Source: Actinomycetota bacterium (lineage in GTDB: Bacteria; Actinomycetota; Actinomycetes; Nanopelagicales; Nanopelagicaceae). Taken from it: DNA of 64,000 bases. The stretch is taken from assembly GCA_026392845.1 (NCBI GenBank), contig JAPLBJ010000039.1, positions 1,173 through 65,172 on the forward strand, given 5' to 3'. The position numbers were made by a program, and so were the translations under genes. Position 1 is the stretch's first letter, and each line of letters starts with the position of its first letter. Below, piece by piece: positions 1 to 9,679 of this stretch. Below the pieces are notes generated by a model. It saw only the letters and a program-made list of their open reading frames with translations, made no database searches and was not told the origin of the DNA.

Positions 1-1213
1 CGGTGTAGTTACTTACGTTCGCGTCATCGATGGCCACCTTTCACCACGTGAGCAGATTCAAATGTTTTCAACTGGCGTTCGACATGAAGCGCTAGAAATT
101 GGTGTTATTTCACCAGAGCCAGTTGCAAGTAAGGGACTCGGTGTTGGCGAAGTAGGTTATTTGATTACTGGTGTGAAAGATGTTCGCCAATCTCGCGTAG
201 GTGACACTGTTACTACATATAACAATCCAACAAAGCAGGCACTCTCTGGATATAAAGATCCAAAGCCAATGGTTTTCTCTGGTCTCTTTCCACTCGATTG
301 TGCTGATTTTCCTATGCTTCGTGAAGCGTTAGATAAGTTACAACTCAACGACGCAGCCCTTGTCTATGAACCAGAATCTTCCGCTGCCCTTGGTTTTGGT
401 TTCCGTTGCGGCTTCTTGGGGCTATTGCATATGGAAATTGTGCGCGAGCGTCTAGAGCGCGAGTCAAACCTGAATCTAATCTCAACAGCGCCTAACGTTG
501 TTTACAACGTAACGATGGATGATGGTCGCGAAATTCGTGTTACTAATCCTTCAGAATTTCCTGATGGCAAAGTTGCAAGCGTCCAGGAACCCATTGTGAA
601 ATCTACGATTCTCGCTCCATCGGAGTTCATTGGAACAATTATGGAACTCTGCCAAGAGCGCCGCGGTGTATTACTTGGTATGGATTACATCTCAGAGGAT
701 CGCGTTGAGATTCGCTACACCCTGCCACTTGCTGAAATTGTTTTCGATTTCTTCGATCAACTCAAATCTCGCACGAAGGGCTATGCCTCACTTGATTACG
801 AAGAAAAAGGTGACGAAGAAGGAAATCTCGTAAAGGTAGATATTTTGTTGCAAGGCGAGGCAGTTGATGCTTTCAGCGCAATCGTTCACCGTGACAAGGC
901 TTATGCCTATGGCGTAATGATGACTGGAAAATTGCGCGAACTTATTCCTCGCCAACAATTCGAAGTTCCAATTCAGGCAGCTATCGGCTCTCGCATCATT
1001 GCTCGCGAAAGTATTCGCGCTATCCGTAAAGATGTTTTGGCTAAATGTTATGGTGGAGATATCTCTCGTAAGCGCAAACTGCTCGAGAAGCAGAAAGAGG
1101 GAAAGAAGCGCATGAAGATGGTGGGACGAGTAGAAGTTCCACAGGAAGCCTTCGTCGCAGCCCTTGCAACTGATGCTGATATCGAAAAGGTGAAAGCTGC
1201 ACGAAAGCAGTAG
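1..1213 (+). CDS. lepA: Elongation factor 4 (LepA), C-terminal ~400 aa; 5' end lies outside the window
   Basis: Frame is open from the window edge ([13 protein letters not shown]...) to the stop at 1211-1213. Stretches such as [22 protein letters not shown] and [25 protein letters not shown] are typical of the LepA C-terminus. hemW follows, as usual. Confidence 0.9.
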   Translation, partial: GVVTYVRVIDGHLSPREQIQMFSTGVRHEALEIGVISPEPVASKGLGVGEVGYLITGVKDVRQSRVGDTVTTYNNPTKQALSGYKDPKPMVFSGLFPLDCADFPMLREALDKLQLNDAALVYEPESSAALGFGFRCGFLGLLHMEIVRERLERESNLNLISTAPNVVYNVTMDDGREIRVTNPSEFPDGKVASVQEPIVKSTILAPSEFIGTIMELCQERRGVLLGMDYISEDRVEIRYTLPLAEIVFDFFDQLKSRTKGYASLDYEEKGDEEGNLVKVDILLQGEAVDAFSAIVHRDKAYAYGVMMTGKLRELIPRQQFEVPIQAAIGSRIIARESIRAIRKDVLAKCYGGDISRKRKLLEKQKEGKKRMKMVGRVEVPQEAFVAALATDADIEKVKAARKQ

Positions 1214-1215
1214 TT

Positions 1216-2294
1216 ATGCCAGGCCTTTCGTTTTATGTTCATATTCCATACTGCATCAAGCGCTGCGGATATTGTGATTTCAATACGTACACACCTAATG
1301 AATTACAAGATGGTGCAACTCTAGAAATCGTAAGTAATGATTACATCGATGCCGTACTCAAAGAACTTGAAAGTGCTCCCTTTTACCAGCAGCTGATCTA
1401 GGGCGAGTAATTGCAGCTATTCGTAATCGAAATAGGCTTACCGATGATTGTGAAATTACATTAGAGGCAAACCCAGATTCCGTGACACCAGAGAAGATGC
1501 GCCAATACCTTGATGCAGGATTTAATCGAATTTCAATTGGAATGCAATCGGCGGTCCCACACGTTCTTGCAACTTTGGATAGAACACATATCCCAGCCAA
1601 TGTCGCAAAGGCAGTTGAGATGGCACGCGACGCAGGATTTTCAAGTGTGAGTGTCGATCTGATTTATGGAACACCAGGGGAGTCGCTAGAGGATTGGCGA
1701 ACGAGTATTGAGTTAGCACTTTCACTGGGTGTTGATCACATAAGTGCTTACGCGCTCATCGTTGAAAGCGGAACAAAACTGGCAGCACAGATAAAGCGTG
1801 GGGATATTTCGATGCCCAACGATGATTTGATGGCTGATATGTATTTGCTCGTTAATCAGTTATGTAATCAAGCAGGGTTGCAGTGGTATGAATTGAGTAA
1901 TTGGTCAAGGCCAGGCCATGAATGTCGCCATAACGTTGCATATTGGGAGAATAAGAATTGGTGGGGCCTTGGACCTGGTGCTCATTCACATATTGATGGA
2001 AAAAGATTCTGGAATCTCAAACATCCAACAACGTATAAAGCAAAACTATTTGGTGGAGAGAGCCCGATTTTAGATAGTGAAATTTTGACGGAAGAGCAGA
2101 TGAGAGATGAATCAATAATGCTTGCAATTCGAATGCGCGAAGGAATTGATATCTCTTCCCTAACGCCAACGCAGTTAGAGCGTATTGAAAGTTATCGCGA
2201 AAGTGGCCACATCAGCATGGTTGATAAACATCTGCAATTGAGCCCACAGGGACGCCTTATCGCAGACCGTATCGTGCGCGAATTAGTTATCTAG
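1216..2294 (+). pseudogene. hemW: Radical-SAM heme chaperone HemW (HemN-like), interrupted by a frame change with a missing conserved segment
   Basis: The CxxxCxxC radical-SAM motif (YCIKRCGYCDF) is in the frame of 1216-1401. The rest (LLPAADLGRVIAAIR..EITLEANPDS..NRISIGMQS...) is in another frame, open from 1371. The FFGGGTP block expected between them is absent. Confidence 0.75.
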
Positions 2295-2308
2295 TATCCT
2301 CAACCACT

Positions 2309-2647
2309 ATGAACACTACGCATAATGTGATTGTCGCTTTTCTTGCTCTTATTTTCGTTATCTCTGGATTATCAAAGGCGAGCGGAAATGAGAAAGGGCT
2401 CTCAGGCACGCGCGAGGTCAATGTAAAAGATTGGATTGCACGTCTCATTGGCGTAGTTGAAGCGCTAGCAGCACTTGGTTTAGTGATAGGACTTCGCTTT
2501 ACATGGATGCAATGGGTTCCACTCCTAGTTTTGTGGGTCACGATGGCTGGCGCCATTTACTTCCACTTTCGCGCCAATAAACCAAAGACTGCCTTCCCTG
2601 CCTTTTTTCTTCTCACACTTCTATCAATTGCAATTGTAACTATCTAA
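2309..2647 (+). CDS. Small DoxX-like integral membrane protein
   Basis: 112-aa ORF with about 4 hydrophobic helices, sitting tightly between hemW and hrcA. The family call is by general resemblance only. Confidence 0.45.
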   Translation: MNTTHNVIVAFLALIFVISGLSKASGNEKGLSGTREVNVKDWIARLIGVVEALAALGLVIGLRFTWMQWVPLLVLWVTMAGAIYFHFRANKPKTAFPAFFLLTLLSIAIVTI

Positions 2648-2652
2648 AAATT

Positions 2653-3666
2653 ATGTCATCTCGTCGTCTGGAAATTCTTCGCGCCATTGTTGATGAGTAT
2701 GTGGCGACTCAAGAACCTGTTGGTTCTAAGTCGATTGCAGATCGTCATGGGCTCGGAATTTCTCCTGCGACAATTCGAAATGAGATGGCAGTACTCGAAG
2801 ATGAAGGGTTGATTACTCAACCTCATACAAGTGCAGGTCGCATTCCAACGGATTTGGGATATCGCGTTTTCGTAGACAAGCTAGCAACAGTGAGGCCTTT
2901 ATCTAGTGCGGAGCGTCGCGCTATCGAAACTTTCCTTGAAGGCGCTCTAGATCTCGATGATGTTGTTATGCGAACAGTGCGTCTTTTAGCAGATGTAACC
3001 AAGCAAGTAGCAGTTGTGCAATATCCAACGATGGTGAAATCGCGTGTGCGCCATGTTGAAATTGTTTCTCTCACAAGTTCGCGCCTGATGGTTATTTTGA
3101 TTACTGATGCTGGTCGTATCGAACAGCGTGCGATTGAACTTACTAAAGATGTGCCAGACCAGTTTATTTCTGCGATTCGAAACCAACTCAACAATGCCAT
3201 GATGGGTCAGAGTCTTCCCGATGTTGCAGAGCGTCTTACAGGAATCATGGAGAGTTATTCCACGAGTGATCGTCGCGATGTCGCCATTGTTTTATCAACT
3301 GTCATTGAGATGGCAATGGAGCAACCAGAGCAAAAAGTTGTGCTTGCAGGAACGGCGAACTTAGCAAGATTCCAAGAAGATTTTTCTACGCAAATGCATC
3401 CAGTGCTTGAAGCGCTAGAGGAACAAGTTGTATTACTTCGGTTACTCGGTGATGCAAATGAGACTGTAAAGGTGCGCATTGGTTCGGAGCAGAGCGAAAC
3501 AAATCTTCGATCTACATCCCTCGTAACAGTTGGTTATGGCAGTGATAGTTCGCCACTAGGTGCACTTGGAATTATCGGGCCAACCCGTATGGATTACGCA
3601 GGTTCTATGGCTGCGGTTTCTGCTGTTGCGCGTTATGTCGGTCGATTTATAAATGAGGGCGTGTAA
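2653..3666 (+). CDS. hrcA: Heat-inducible transcription repressor HrcA
   Basis: N-terminal wHTH (RRLEILRAIVDEYVATQEPVGSK) and HrcA-like length (337 aa). It lies immediately upstream of dnaJ, as in actinobacterial hrcA-dnaJ2 operons. Confidence 0.9.
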   Translation: MSSRRLEILRAIVDEYVATQEPVGSKSIADRHGLGISPATIRNEMAVLEDEGLITQPHTSAGRIPTDLGYRVFVDKLATVRPLSSAERRAIETFLEGALDLDDVVMRTVRLLADVTKQVAVVQYPTMVKSRVRHVEIVSLTSSRLMVILITDAGRIEQRAIELTKDVPDQFISAIRNQLNNAMMGQSLPDVAERLTGIMESYSTSDRRDVAIVLSTVIEMAMEQPEQKVVLAGTANLARFQEDFSTQMHPVLEALEEQVVLLRLLGDANETVKVRIGSEQSETNLRSTSLVTVGYGSDSSPLGALGIIGPTRMDYAGSMAAVSAVARYVGRFINEGV

Positions 3667-4767
3667 GTGGCTGATCATTATCAAACTCTCGGTGTATCGC
3701 GCGATGCATCAGCAGATGAAATAAAGAAGGCGTATCGAAAGATTGCACGAGAACTTCATCCCGATGTGAACCCTGATCCATCTGTTCAAGATAAATTCAA
3801 GGAAGTCACCGCTGCTTATGAAATTTTGAGCGATTCACAAAAGCGACAGAACTACGACATGGGTGGAAGTAATTTCGGTGGCGGTGGATTCGGTGGTGGC
3901 TTTGGCGACATCATGGATGCTTTTTTTGGTGGTGGCGGCTCACGTGGTCCTCGCCCTCGTACACGTCAGGGTCAAGATGCACTCATTCGCATTGAAGTTG
4001 ATTTATTTGAAGCATGCTTTGGTATTGAGCGCGAGATTTCTGTTGAAAGTGCAATTGCATGCGAAAAGTGCCAAGCAACAGGATGTGCTGATGGTGCATC
4101 ACCAAGTATGTGTCAGGTATGTAAGGGACGCGGTGAAACTCAACATGTAATGCGCTCTGTCCTCGGACAAGTGATGACATCTCGTCCATGTAGCGCCTGC
4201 CAAGGGTATGGAAGTGTCATTACCAATCCTTGCCGTGAATGCGCTGGAGATGGACGCGTTCGTGCACGTCAAACTATTTCGATAAAGATTCCACCTGGAG
4301 TAGAAACAGGAAATCGCATTCAATTATCTGGTCGCGGTGAAGTTGGTGCAGGTGGTGGACCAGCTGGTGATCTCTATGTTGAAATTGTTGAAACCGAACA
4401 TGAATTTTTGGTTCGAGATGGCGAAACCCTACATATGACTCTAGGAATTTCAATGAGTGCTGCAGCGCTAGGAACAACGGTCAGTGTCGAGACCCTTGAT
4501 GGATCAACTGATGTTCATGTGAAGCCTGGAACGCAAAGCGGTGCAACAGTCGGTATCAAAGGCAAAGGAATGACTCGACTTCGCAGCAACCATCGTGGAG
4601 ACCTCATTGTGCATATTGAAGTTCAGACCCCAACAAAGTTGAGCCGTGACGAAGAAGAATTGCTCAAAAAATTTGCTGATCTACGAGGTGAAAAAGTAGG
4701 CGATGGCCACGTGAAAAATCATGATGGAAGCCGTTTTAGTAAATTTAGAGATGCGTTCAATCGGTAG
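3667..4767 (+). CDS. dnaJ: Chaperone DnaJ (J domain, G/F region, four CxxCxGxG zinc repeats)
   Basis: YQTLGV..HPD J-domain, GGFGGGFG linker, CEKCQATG / CQVCKGRG / CSACQGYG / CRECAGDG repeats. GTG start abuts the hrcA stop. Confidence 0.9.
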   Translation: MADHYQTLGVSRDASADEIKKAYRKIARELHPDVNPDPSVQDKFKEVTAAYEILSDSQKRQNYDMGGSNFGGGGFGGGFGDIMDAFFGGGGSRGPRPRTRQGQDALIRIEVDLFEACFGIEREISVESAIACEKCQATGCADGASPSMCQVCKGRGETQHVMRSVLGQVMTSRPCSACQGYGSVITNPCRECAGDGRVRARQTISIKIPPGVETGNRIQLSGRGEVGAGGGPAGDLYVEIVETEHEFLVRDGETLHMTLGISMSAAALGTTVSVETLDGSTDVHVKPGTQSGATVGIKGKGMTRLRSNHRGDLIVHIEVQTPTKLSRDEEELLKKFADLRGEKVGDGHVKNHDGSRFSKFRDAFNR

Positions 4768-4769
4768 CC

Positions 4770-5480
4770 ATGCTTACGCTATTTTTTGTTGATGATCTGC
4801 CAACAAGTACTGGTGCAATTTATGAATTTGATGGTGATGATGCCCATCATGCTGTACGTGTTTTACGTATGACGGCTGGTGAAGTTTTTATGCTCAGCGA
4901 TGGCGAAGGTGCTTGGTCCGAAGTAAAAGTATTTGCCGTGAAGAAGAAGTCACTGGAAGTTCAAGTTCTTTCAACTGGTTTTCAAGAACCGCTACGAACT
5001 TCTATTACTGTTGTTCAAGCAATTCCTAAAGGTGATCGAGCAAAAGAGGCAATTGAATTACTTACTGAAGCTGGCGTCGACACGATTATTCCTTGGACAT
5101 CTAGTCGAAGCATCGGTAAAGGAAGCGATTAATTTGCAATTACTTCAAGGGAGGCTAGTAAGCAATCTCGTAGATTGCGAATTCCACACGTTGTAGATGC
5201 AGCAAGTACTGAACAAATCTGCGCACTCATCAAGCAATCCAGTTGCACAGTCGTTTTCCATGAGAGCGCACCTAGTGCATTGAGTGAACTAAAGCTCCCC
5301 TTAGGTATTGCTGATCTTGTCATCATCATTGGGCCAGAAGGTGGAATAACCGATGAAGAGCTAACACGCTTTACTGATGCTGGTGCGATGCTTTCTCGAA
5401 TGGGTCGCCCAGTATTGCGTTCTGCGCATGCAGGAATTGCGGCAGTTTCAGCTCTCTGTGCAAAGTTACAGGTATGGTAA
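4770..5480 (+). pseudogene. rsmE: 16S rRNA m3U1498 methyltransferase RsmE with an in-frame TAA at 5130-5132
   Basis: The N-terminal PUA-like part (ORF 4770-5132) and the C-terminal SPOUT part (..REASKQSRRLRIPHV..IIIGPEGG..) are in the same frame, separated only by the TAA codon. Confidence 0.7.
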
Positions 5481-5484
5481 AGAC

Positions 5485-5832
5485 GTGTCCTTAGATCCCA
5501 CATGTTTGTTCTGTAAAATCATTGAGGGAGACATTCCTGCCGATATTGTTTTTAGAAATGAGAACGTTGTCGCATTCAATGACATCGCGCCACAAGCCCC
5601 AACTCATATTCTTATCATTCCAACGCTCCATGTTGAAAATGGTGCCCAACTTGCAAAGGCGTCACCAACAATTACTGCCGAACTATTCAAAGTGGCAGAG
5701 CAGTTATCTATCGAACGTGGGCTTGGCGGCTATCGAACCGTTTTCAATACGGGAGCCGAGGCTGGCCAGAGCGTTTTCCACGCTCACATGCATCTTCTAG
5801 GTGGCCGTGCACTGGCTTGGCCACCCGGTTAA
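5485..5832 (+). CDS. HIT-family (histidine triad) nucleotide hydrolase
   Basis: CLFCKII N-terminus and HAHMHLLGG histidine triad. The likely GTG start at 5485 lies just after the rsmE stop; the longer ORF from 5377 overlaps rsmE. Confidence 0.8.
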   Translation: MSLDPTCLFCKIIEGDIPADIVFRNENVVAFNDIAPQAPTHILIIPTLHVENGAQLAKASPTITAELFKVAEQLSIERGLGGYRTVFNTGAEAGQSVFHAHMHLLGGRALAWPPG

Positions 5833-5849
5833 AGATAGATTTACATCCA

Positions 5850-6830
5850 ATGGAGCGCACACTGATCACCGTACCTAATGCCATTCCTATGGTTGCCTTG
5901 ATCGGTCCTCATGACGAAAATTTACGAGTCATTGAAGCTGCATTCCCGCTAGTCAACATCACCGTTCGTGGAAACGAAATCACTCTTCGCGGTGCTCATG
6001 TTAATTGCCAAATATTAGAGAATTTATTCATCGAGATGATGGTTGTTATCCGTTCAGGAAATGTTTTGAATGCCGATGCAGTGACTCGTTCAATTGGAAT
6101 GTTGGCACAGATTCCTCAAGAACATCCAGCCGAAGTACTTTCACTCAATATCGTCAGTAATCGTGGTCGCACTATTCGACCAAAGACAGCAAATCAGAAG
6201 AAATATGTCGATGCAATTGAAGAGAACACAATTACTTTTGGAATTGGTCCAGCAGGAACAGGTAAGACTTATTTAGCGATGGCTATGGCTGTATCTGCTC
6301 TGCAACAGAAGAAAGTCAATAAAATTATTTTGACAAGACCTGCAGTTGAAGCAGGAGAAAAATTAGGATTTCTTCCAGGGACTCTCACAGAGAAAATTGA
6401 TCCCTATTTACGACCACTCTTCGATGCACTCAATGACATGATTGATATTGAATCAATACCTCGCTTGATTCAATCAGGCGTTATTGAAGTTGCTCCTTTG
6501 GCATATATGCGTGGACGTACGCTCAACGATGCATTTATCATTTTGGATGAAGCACAGAACACCACCCCTGAACAGATGAAAATGTTTCTGACTCGCCTTG
6601 GTTTTGGTTCAAAAATGGTTGTTACTGGCGATGTGACTCAGATTGATTTACCTAATGGTCAGCACTCTGGACTACGCGTTATTAGAGATATTCTCAAAGA
6701 GATTGATGACATCGCTTTTCTCGAACTCACTGCAGAAGATGTTGTCAGGCACCGACTTATTGGAGATATCGTCAAGGCGTATGCAGTATTTGATGATGCA
6801 CGCCAAGCGGTTCGCCCAATTCGCAACTAA
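5850..6830 (+). CDS. phoH: PhoH-like ATPase
   Basis: Walker A GPAGTGKT, ILDEAQN Walker B, conserved phoH-ybeY order. The ATG at 5850 is preferred over the TTG at 5817, which overlaps HIT. Confidence 0.85.
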   Translation: MERTLITVPNAIPMVALIGPHDENLRVIEAAFPLVNITVRGNEITLRGAHVNCQILENLFIEMMVVIRSGNVLNADAVTRSIGMLAQIPQEHPAEVLSLNIVSNRGRTIRPKTANQKKYVDAIEENTITFGIGPAGTGKTYLAMAMAVSALQQKKVNKIILTRPAVEAGEKLGFLPGTLTEKIDPYLRPLFDALNDMIDIESIPRLIQSGVIEVAPLAYMRGRTLNDAFIILDEAQNTTPEQMKMFLTRLGFGSKMVVTGDVTQIDLPNGQHSGLRVIRDILKEIDDIAFLELTAEDVVRHRLIGDIVKAYAVFDDARQAVRPIRN

Positions 6831-6832
6831 TT

Positions 6833-7267
6833 ATGAGTGTAGAAATAACAAATACTTCAGGTCTCTTGGTGCCAGCCAACGAGATGCAATCACTCATGAG
6901 CTTTGCTTTCAAAGAATTAGATCTTCACGTTGATTGCGAACTCAATATGGTTTTTGTCGACGATGAAGAGATGACAAAGCTGCACATAAAGTGGATGAAC
7001 GAAGAAGGTACGACAGATGTTCTCTCTTTTCCTATGGATTTGCCCGATTCAAAAGAGCAGGCCGTAACTCTTGGAGATATTGTCATAAGTCCACGAGTTG
7101 CTGCTGAGCAAGCAAAGAGTGGCGGGCACAGTGTCGAGCACGAGATATTTATTCTTGCTACACATGGCTTGCTACATATTTTGGGTTATGACCATGTTGA
7201 ATTAGCAGATGAACTCATCATGTTTGAACTACAGGAATCAATCGTCGCAAAATGGAAGAGCTCATGA
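6833..7267 (+). CDS. ybeY: rRNA maturation endoribonuclease YbeY
   Basis: Metal-binding motif HGLLHILGYDH; 144 aa; between phoH and the CorC gene. Confidence 0.85.
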   Translation: MSVEITNTSGLLVPANEMQSLMSFAFKELDLHVDCELNMVFVDDEEMTKLHIKWMNEEGTTDVLSFPMDLPDSKEQAVTLGDIVISPRVAAEQAKSGGHSVEHEIFILATHGLLHILGYDHVELADELIMFELQESIVAKWKSS

Positions 7268-8541
7268 GTCCCATTGCAATTGTTAGCATTATTGCTTTAC
7301 TTGCATTCGCGGGCTTTTTGGCGGGCAGCGAGTCTGCCCTCACATCAATTTCACGAATTGTTATCGATGAGCTTGAAACAAAGCGCGGCGGAAAATTACT
7401 CAAGAAGTATTCTCAACATCCCGCAAAATACCTCAACGTAATTCTCTTGGTCCGCAAACTCTGTGAACTAACAGCTACAGTTCTTTTGGCAGTTATCTTG
7501 CTGCGAAATTTCCCATCTGCTCAAGCGATGGCTCTTACTGTTTTCATAATGGTCATTGCTTCCTATGTATTTGTCGGTGTTGGCCCTCGCACACTTGGTC
7601 GCCAACAACCACATAAGTGGGCCAGAAGCGGAATAATTGTTGCATCATTCTTAGCGGCAATCCTTGGCCCAGTTACAAAATTACTTATCGCTATTGGTAA
7701 TGCGATAACTCCAGGTAAAGGATTTAGATCTGGGCCATTTACATCTGAGGCTGAACTTCGAGATTTAGTGGATCAAGCACATGAACGTGGCTTAGTGGAA
7801 TCAGATGAACACGAAATGATTCACTCAGTATTTGAACTAGGGGACACCTTGGTGCGTGAACTTATGGTGCCACGCACAGATATGGTCTGGATTGAAAAAG
7901 ATAAGTCACTGCGCCAAGGTTTATCACTCGCTCTTCGTTCTGGATATTCACGAATTCCAGTAGTCGGTGAAAACATCGACAAAATTATTGGTATTGCATA
8001 TGTAAAAGATTTAGCTCGGCGCGCCCTGGATCATCATGATGCTGAACAGAGTGAGAAGATTGAGCAGCATATGCGCGCAGCAACTTTCGTTCCTGAAAAC
8101 AAGATGGCAGATGACTTATTGCGCGAAATGCAGAGAGATCAAATCCACCTTGCAATCGTGGTTGATGAATATGGCGGAACTGCAGGCATCATTACAATCG
8201 AAGATATTTTGGAAGAAATTGTCGGTGAAATTGCTGATGAATTCGATGATGGCGAAGAGGCCTTTACTTGGCTAACAGAAGATAAAGCCAGAGCGAAGGC
8301 AACTCTGCATATTGAAGATTTAGCTGATGAATTGAAGATTGAAATTTCTGAAGAAGATTTTGAGGATGTAGACACTATTGGTGGCCTCATGGCTCAAAAA
8401 TTAGGCCGAGTACCAATTGCTGAAAGCACGATATCTATGCACGGTTGGTCAATTACTTCGGAGCGCCCATTGGGACGTCGTCGTAGAATTAGCAGTGTTC
8501 TCATTGAACGACTCGAAACTGAGGTTGAAGATCATGAGTAG
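7264..8541 (+). CDS. HlyC/CorC-family membrane protein (DUF21 - CBS pair - CorC_HlyC)
   Basis: N-terminal TM helices, central CBS region (MVPRTDM..IPV...[27 protein letters not shown]). ATGA overlap with the ybeY stop suggests a start at 7264. Confidence 0.8.
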   Translation: MSPIAIVSIIALLAFAGFLAGSESALTSISRIVIDELETKRGGKLLKKYSQHPAKYLNVILLVRKLCELTATVLLAVILLRNFPSAQAMALTVFIMVIASYVFVGVGPRTLGRQQPHKWARSGIIVASFLAAILGPVTKLLIAIGNAITPGKGFRSGPFTSEAELRDLVDQAHERGLVESDEHEMIHSVFELGDTLVRELMVPRTDMVWIEKDKSLRQGLSLALRSGYSRIPVVGENIDKIIGIAYVKDLARRALDHHDAEQSEKIEQHMRAATFVPENKMADDLLREMQRDQIHLAIVVDEYGGTAGIITIEDILEEIVGEIADEFDDGEEAFTWLTEDKARAKATLHIEDLADELKIEISEEDFEDVDTIGGLMAQKLGRVPIAESTISMHGWSITSERPLGRRRRISSVLIERLETEVEDHE

Positions 8542-8854
8542 TTTTGAAAATCCAGAAGATGCAAAACTTGCAACGTTGGCAAGTGCCACTCTGAAGAGAA
8601 GTGGGGCTCAACAAGCTGCAGCTCTTCGAGATACAACTGGGCGTACATATGTAGCTATAAATATTGAAACTAATTCATTACAACTAAATGCCCTAGAAGC
8701 GGTTTTTACTGTTGCACTCGCCTCACAAATCACAGGTATTGAAAGCGTTGTATATACAGGCGAAATAACTGCGCCAACTCAGTTGATTAGAGAGTATGCA
8801 CCGCGTGCTTCAATTTTTTATCTATCTTCTAACGGAAATATCGTCGCTTTATAG
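8534..8854 (+). CDS. Small cytidine-deaminase-fold-like protein (uncertain)
   Basis: 106-aa ORF whose ATG overlaps the CorC stop, at a position where actinobacteria often carry a CDA-like gene. No catalytic motif was recognised by eye. Confidence 0.35.
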   Translation: MSSFENPEDAKLATLASATLKRSGAQQAAALRDTTGRTYVAINIETNSLQLNALEAVFTVALASQITGIESVVYTGEITAPTQLIREYAPRASIFYLSSNGNIVAL

Positions 8855-8896
8855 CCTTCATTTCTCATAGTGCAATTAGGCCGATAGAATTGCCGA

Positions 8897-9679
8897 ATGC
8901 GCATCGTCCGATTTACACCTGGTCCAGATACTGGTTTAGGTACTGATCCGCTCTTTGGCGTGCTCGATCAGGACATTATTACTGTGATAACAGGCGATCC
9001 GATTTATCAAGGTATTCAAAAGACTGCAGCAACTGTTGCCCTTTCAACAGTTCGCTTACTTGCCCCTGTAATTCCTCGTAGCAAAGTAATTTGCGTAGGA
9101 AAAAATTACGCAGACCATGCAGCAGAAATGGGGGGAGTTGTCCCTGATCAGCCAGTTATTTTTCTCAAGCCAAACACATCAGTTATTGGTCCTAACGACA
9201 CAATCGTGTGGCCAGAGATGTCTGAGCGCGTAGATCATGAAGCAGAATTAGCAATTGTTATTGGTCGAATTTGTAAGGATGTGCCGCAAGAGCGTGTCAA
9301 TGATGTGATTTTTGGTTACACAATTGCAAATGATGTAACTGCCCGCGACTTACAGAAAGTAGATGGACAATGGACTCGCGCTAAAGGCTTCGACACTTTT
9401 TGTCCTATTGGTCCTTGGATAGATACTGACTTTGTACCAGGTACTCAGAAAATAACTGCATCCGTCAATGGAGAAATAAAGCAGTCATCAACACTTGGTG
9501 AGATGTTCTTCAAGGTGCCTGAGATCATTGCTTTCATTAGCCAAGTAATGACGCTACTTCCTGGCGATGTTATTTTGACGGGTACGCCATCTGGAATTGG
9601 TCCAATGGTCGCTGGAGGACATGCAACAATGGCAATTGAGGGACTTGGCGAGCTAACAAATAAGGTGAGTAAGCGATGA
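8897..9679 (+). CDS. Fumarylacetoacetate hydrolase (FAH) family protein
   Basis: Motifs VICVGKNYADHAAE, HEAELAIVIG, KGFDTFCPIGPW, GDVILTGTPSGIG. FAH-gltX adjacency is common in actinobacteria. Confidence 0.75.
   Translation: MRIVRFTPGPDTGLGTDPLFGVLDQDIITVITGDPIYQGIQKTAATVALSTVRLLAPVIPRSKVICVGKNYADHAAEMGGVVPDQPVIFLKPNTSVIGPNDTIVWPEMSERVDHEAELAIVIGRICKDVPQERVNDVIFGYTIANDVTARDLQKVDGQWTRAKGFDTFCPIGPWIDTDFVPGTQKITASVNGEIKQSSTLGEMFFKVPEIIAFISQVMTLLPGDVILTGTPSGIGPMVAGGHATMAIEGLGELTNKVSKR

Noticed and set aside
1700-1725. TTAGCACT half-site resembling a CIRCE element (HrcA operator)
   Set aside because: It is only one half-site, it lies inside the hemW coding sequence, and there is no inverted partner 9 nt away. 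No CIRCE (TTAGCACTC-N9-GAGTGCTAA) was found in the short hrcA upstream region 2560-2652.
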